A DNA stretch of 64,000 nucleotides, from the NCBI RefSeq assembly GCF_009914755.1, contig NC_060930.1. One strand, 5' to 3'. The stretch is from the human T2T-CHM13v2.0 reference genome, Homo sapiens. Made by a program: the position numbers and the translations under genes. Under the pieces are notes generated by a model, which was not told the origin of the DNA, searched no databases, and saw nothing but the letters and a program-made list of their open reading frames with translations. Below, in pieces: positions 59,615-64,000 of the stretch (positions within the stretch are counted from its first letter, which is position 1; each line of letters begins with the position of its first letter).

Positions 59615-59855
59615 CAAGGCTGCTGGAGGTGGAGGGCCGATGGCCACCAACACACAGGGGCAGAAAGCTGGGCCTCTTGGGTCGTCGGGCCTCTGGGCTG
59701 GCAGCCCCTGCTGCCCCCGCTCTTCTGGGTTCCTTGGAGGTGTGTTTCTTATGGTAAAACGCTCTCCTGAAGCTCGACCTTTTTTCTTGAGATTTCCTTC
59801 TGCAGTGTGGGGCCGGGTTTTCTACACCCACCTCTTCCTGCTGGACTTGAGGTTG
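59615..59855 (-). CDS. BNIP5: BNIP5 exon, cassette 2b
   Basis: cccccacag|CAA ... G|GTGAGCAGG; 241 nt, phase 0-1; [26 protein letters not shown]...[23 protein letters not shown]. Confidence 0.92.
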
Positions 59856-60039
59856 CTGTGGGGGAGATGAGAGAAACTGAGTCAGGGCCCCTGACCTTGA
59901 GGAGATCTCAGGTGAGGTGGGGAAAGAGAGCCACGGTGGGCTAGCAGGCGTTGCCCAGAGAAGAGTGGTTGATGCTCAGTGCTGGGGAAATATGTGTGGT
60001 CTGGAGGGGGCTGGGGAAGCTTCAAGAAGGAGGGACTGG

Positions 60040-60420
<381 letters not shown>

Positions 60421-60450
60421 TCAGGGTTACATGGGGAGCGTCTTCCTCAC

Positions 60451-60512
60451 CTCCTCTCCTTGCTGTTCTTCTGCATCTTGGAGCATGGAAATGATCTTCT
60501 GAATGAATTCTT
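60451..60512 (-). CDS. BNIP5: BNIP5 exon, cassette 2a (degenerate BH3-like helix)
   Basis: tttttcag|AA ... GAG|GTGAGG; 62 nt, phase 1-0; K-EFIQKIISMLQDAEEQQGEE. Confidence 0.88.
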
Positions 60513-60893
60513 CTGAAAAAGATCAACACGCATGGTTAACTTTGGTGCTACGAAATCTCTTCTGCGGTCAGTCTTCATTTCCTAATGCCCCGGTGGCTCC
60601 CTGGGTGATTCTCCAAGGGGGCTAAAGAGCTGCCAGAGGTGGCCTGAGGGCAGAGCTGGTTTCATGGGATACATATTCACTTTACCAATGACGGCCTCTA
60701 AATAGACACCCAGGAGGAGGCCCCTCAGGGCCATCTGGAAAGGCCCATTCCCTACAGGTGCCCTCATCCTGCACCTTCTCCCTGTCCAGGCAGAATTTCC
60801 CTTCAAGGCATATTTTCTATGAAAAGCAAACAAGGCAGAATGGCAGGGGATAGGGGGCAGAGATCTTTCCAGGTCTTTTCAGACCTGACGGTG

Positions 60894-60895
<2 letters not shown>

Positions 60896-60938
<43 letters not shown>
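60896..60938. repeat. (TA)n microsatellite
   Basis: Directly visible. Confidence 0.95.
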
Positions 60939-60941
<3 letters not shown>

Positions 60942-61572
60942 TCTAGGCCTGGCTCTGCCAATGGTAAAATAATAATTACAGCGATGGCAGCTGCCATTAG
61001 CTGAGCTTCCCTCCCAAGGCCCCTACCCCTGTCCCTATCCTTTTTACTTCTGAGCTCTGCTCTCAAGCTGGGCCACCCAACAATGACAATAATAGCAACA
61101 AATGGCACCTAACACATATTAGCCACTAACAGGGGCTGCCCTAAATGCTGCCGACAATTCTAGAAAGCAGGTACTTGCTGCCCCCATTTCACAGATGAAG
61201 AAACTGAGACCAGAGATGAAGTAACTTGCCCAAGTCCACACAGCTCAAAGGGGTCACAGCCCAGACTCAAACCAAGGTCCATAAGATCACCCCATTGGCC
61301 GAGCCCTTGGTGTGGGCCAGCACTTTCCTCCCTTTGCCTCCTGTCTGCCTCATCAGGGTAAGCACCAACACTATCGCCATTTATCGAGGTTCAGACAGGC
61401 AGCCTGGCTTGGGCCTGGGCTCTGGGCCCCAAGCTGCCTCCCCAGCCTGCTGTACTCAGAGGGAGGTCTGGACAGGTCACTGCCTCTCTCTGGCTCAGTG
61501 TCTCTTTGCAAGTGGGGGAGTCAGAACAGAAGTTTTGCAAGGGGTGTCTGAGAAAAAGAGAGGAGTACTGAC

Positions 61573-61704
61573 TGTATTCCGAGGCTCTGTCCAGCGGAAG
61601 CTCCTCTCCAGGTTCCTGGCTCTCTGATGGGGTGGGAAGCACGGAGGGACCTGGAGCCCCAGCCTCTGTAGATGGGGCCTCCTGGACTTTAGGTTCTTCC
61701 AAGC
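61573..61704 (-). CDS. BNIP5: BNIP5 exon, cassette 1c
   Basis: cttctcag|GC ... A|GTCAGT; 132 nt, phase 1-1; [16 protein letters not shown]...PLDRASEY. Confidence 0.9.
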
Positions 61705-62769
61705 CTGAGAAGCAGAAGGAGAACGAGGGTGTGTTTTGTCTGTCTGGGGCTGTTAACTATGCACAGAAGCTAGCACAAACTAAAAGTGGGCTCCGTGGCT
61801 GGATCACATTAAGGACTTATGGGGCTGGAAGACAGCTGCTGGGCAGGGCTGTGCCTCTGATTTACTGGCCCAGACCGAGTTCCCTTATCCCTTTGTGCTT
61901 CCATAGAACTGGCTTTCCTGGGCTTTGCTGCCCTCTCCTCCCTCCACCATTTTGACTTGATCCACAAGTTGAAGAGTAGAGGCCTGGTCCCATGGCATGA
62001 ATTAATGAATCATAGCCAGAATCCCCCTGCATGAAAATATCTCCCCATGGGCCTGAAATTCCCCTCTTTGGTGTTAAGCGTCACTCCCTCCTTTCTAAGA
62101 TGTAAATTCTCCTGGCCAGGATGACCTAACAGGATGACCTGTTCTCCCTGATGCCCAGGAAGAAATGACTTGTCTGATCCTTTCCGCCTCTAGCTCTGGC
62201 CCCATCATCCATGGGCCATGTGGCCTTGAACACATTGTTTTACCTCCCAAAGCCTCAGGTCCTTCATCTGTAAGGTGGGGATAATAGTTGTACTCCATGT
62301 GATGGCTGTGGGGATAATAGTTGCACTTCATCTGATGGCTGTGAGGACTGATCGTGTTATAGATATGCAGCAGGGAAATGTCTCACTTTACAGGTGAAGA
62401 AATTGAGGCACAAAGATGGGGAATGACATAGACAATATGCTAGAACCCAGGTCTCCTGCCTCCCCTGCTCCAGCTCCTTCTTGCACACACTACTCCCCTC
62501 CCTGCCAGGGTGCAGAAGTTGAGGCGGCCAAGAAATGTTGACGGTTGGGAAATCCCGGAACATAATTTCCATCAAGGGCTTATTGGGGTTGCCTAGAGCT
62601 CGCTGAGGTGTTGTGTGTGGAGGTGACCTGCTGGCATTCTTTCTGTCTTCCCACAGTCATCCTCACACCACTCAGGGCAGAGTGCAAAAGTCAGACCAGG
62701 CACAACGCAACCTTTAAAATGGTCAATTCCATCCCCAGGGAAGGTTCCAGAGCTGGAGGCAGCTGCAGG

Positions 62770-62783
62770 GTTGCTATGGCAAC
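62770..62783. promoter_or_regulatory. RFX X-box motif in BNIP5 intron (cassette 1)
   Basis: GTTGCTATGGCAAC, 16 nt past the cassette 1b donor. Confidence 0.55.
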
Positions 62784-62799
62784 TGCAGAGCCTGCTCAC

Positions 62800-63043
62800 C
62801 ATAGCTGCTGGAGATGGAAGGCCGATGGCCGCTGACACACAGGGGCAGAAAGCTGGACTTCTTGGGTGGCCAGGCCTCTGGACTGGAAACATCTGCAGCC
62901 CCCCTCTTGGCCTCCTCGGAGCCGTGTTTCTTGGGGTTTGTCTTTGAGGTTCTCTTGAGGCTTGTCTTTTTCTCTTGGGATTTCTTCCTAACAGCTGGTG
63001 CTGGGTTTGGCAGGGCCACCCCCAGCTGTGAGGCCAGAGATTG
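62800..63043 (-). CDS. BNIP5: BNIP5 exon, cassette 1b
   Basis: ccccaacag|CAA ... G|GTGAGCAGG; 244 nt, phase 0-1; [26 protein letters not shown]...[22 protein letters not shown]. Confidence 0.92.
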
Positions 63044-63319
63044 CTGTTGGGGAGAGGAGAAAAACTGGTCAGGTTCATGACACTGAGAGGGGGAAAGCTC
63101 TCTGGAGGCAAGTGAAGAGCAGCCAAGCTGCAAGATGGCCCCGAGAGAGGGGAGGCAGCAGAGCCCAGAGCAGGGGGAGGGCTGAGTTCTGAAGCTGCAG
63201 AAGGAGGCTTCAGGGAAGGAATGGACTAGAGCCCGGCCTGCAAGGACAGGTGGAGCTTGGCAGAGGAGGAGGAGGAGAAGGCAGAGAGCCCCTGGAGACC
63301 TGCAAAGTTTACTCCTCAC

Positions 63320-63384
63320 CTCTTCTTCCCACTGGTCTCCCACTCTTTTGAGCAATTCCACTATCATCTGAATGATAGCATCCT
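63320..63384 (-). CDS. BNIP5: BNIP5 (C6orf222) BH3 exon, cassette 1a
   Basis: ttccag|AG ... GAG|GTGAGG; 65 nt, phase 1-0; encodes [21 protein letters not shown] with a canonical BH3 core L-x-x-x-G-D. Confidence 0.92.
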
Positions 63385-64000
63385 CTGGAAGAAAGCAAAT
63401 GCATCCGGTTATTCTTTCTAAATGCACTGACAACTCCTTCTAAATTACCATCTTGGATAGTTCTCTTAAACAACTCTTTAGGCCACACAATGGAGGGAAA
63501 GCACCACATCCCAGGGGCAGGTTCTTCTGAGAGAAGGTTGGAAGATCCACCGGGGAAGGCACTAAGCCAAATCATGACACTTTATGCAGGAAATTTCAGG
63601 TCAGCCCTTCAGGCATTCAACCTGTGCCCCACTATTTCCTTTGAAAGTCACAGATCTAGGAACGTCTACTTTGGGTTCAGTAAGCTGTGTGACCTTGAAT
63701 AAGTTTCTTAACCTCTCTGGGCCTTTATCTCTCCCAGTGAAATGTGGGTGATAATCTTTGTCCTGCCTCCCTCAGAAAGCTGTCAAATGAGGGACTGGGC
63801 TTGAGAGCACTTTGCAAGGCTAATGTTGATCTTCCAACCTGCAAAATTCCAGTGGGAAAATGGTAGATACCTGGGCTAACTAAGGTGGAGGATGAAAGGA
63901 TGTCGGTAGGCATGACACAGAGACAGCCTGCCACGCTGATGCCTCAGCCACACCCCCATGTCTGCACGGAGAAGCCACTGACAATGGAAATGGTTTCCTT

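Noticed and set aside
59233-59870. Two ~170-aa plus-strand ORFs, one similar to ORF 62814..63080
   Set aside because: Antisense shadows of the duplicated BNIP5 exons; the similarity is explained by the cassette duplication

Overview
This is human genomic DNA; a diagnostic AluYb8 supports human specifically. It is the PNPLA1-BNIP5 (C6orf222) locus. On the + strand the complete PNPLA1 CDS can be spliced by hand from 8 exons (6754..44038; 1599 nt, 532 aa, with GTSAG and DGG catalytic motifs). Intron 2 has a non-canonical GC-AG donor. The stop codon is nested in a splice donor that can lead to a ninth exon (48085..48208) and a 572-aa isoform. On the - strand, converging on PNPLA1, lie the last 9 coding exons of BNIP5 (63384..53678) and a poly(A) signal at ~52100. 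The most striking structure is that BNIP5 is built from a tandemly repeated exon cassette (65/244/132 nt, then 62/241/132 nt, then 65 nt) with identical intron phases. Each repeat opens with a BH3-like helix exon. Both middle exons carry a MAPK/JNK docking-like motif and are followed by a conserved intronic RFX X-box palindrome. The C-terminus resembles a degenerate Bcl-G (BCL2L14) domain. The rest is intronic or intergenic DNA dense in Alu, L1, L2/MIR, MaLR/ERVL LTR and MER DNA-transposon remnants, plus microsatellites and a small CpG-rich promoter-like element inside PNPLA1 intron 1. Repeat family names and boundaries were recognised by eye and are approximate.
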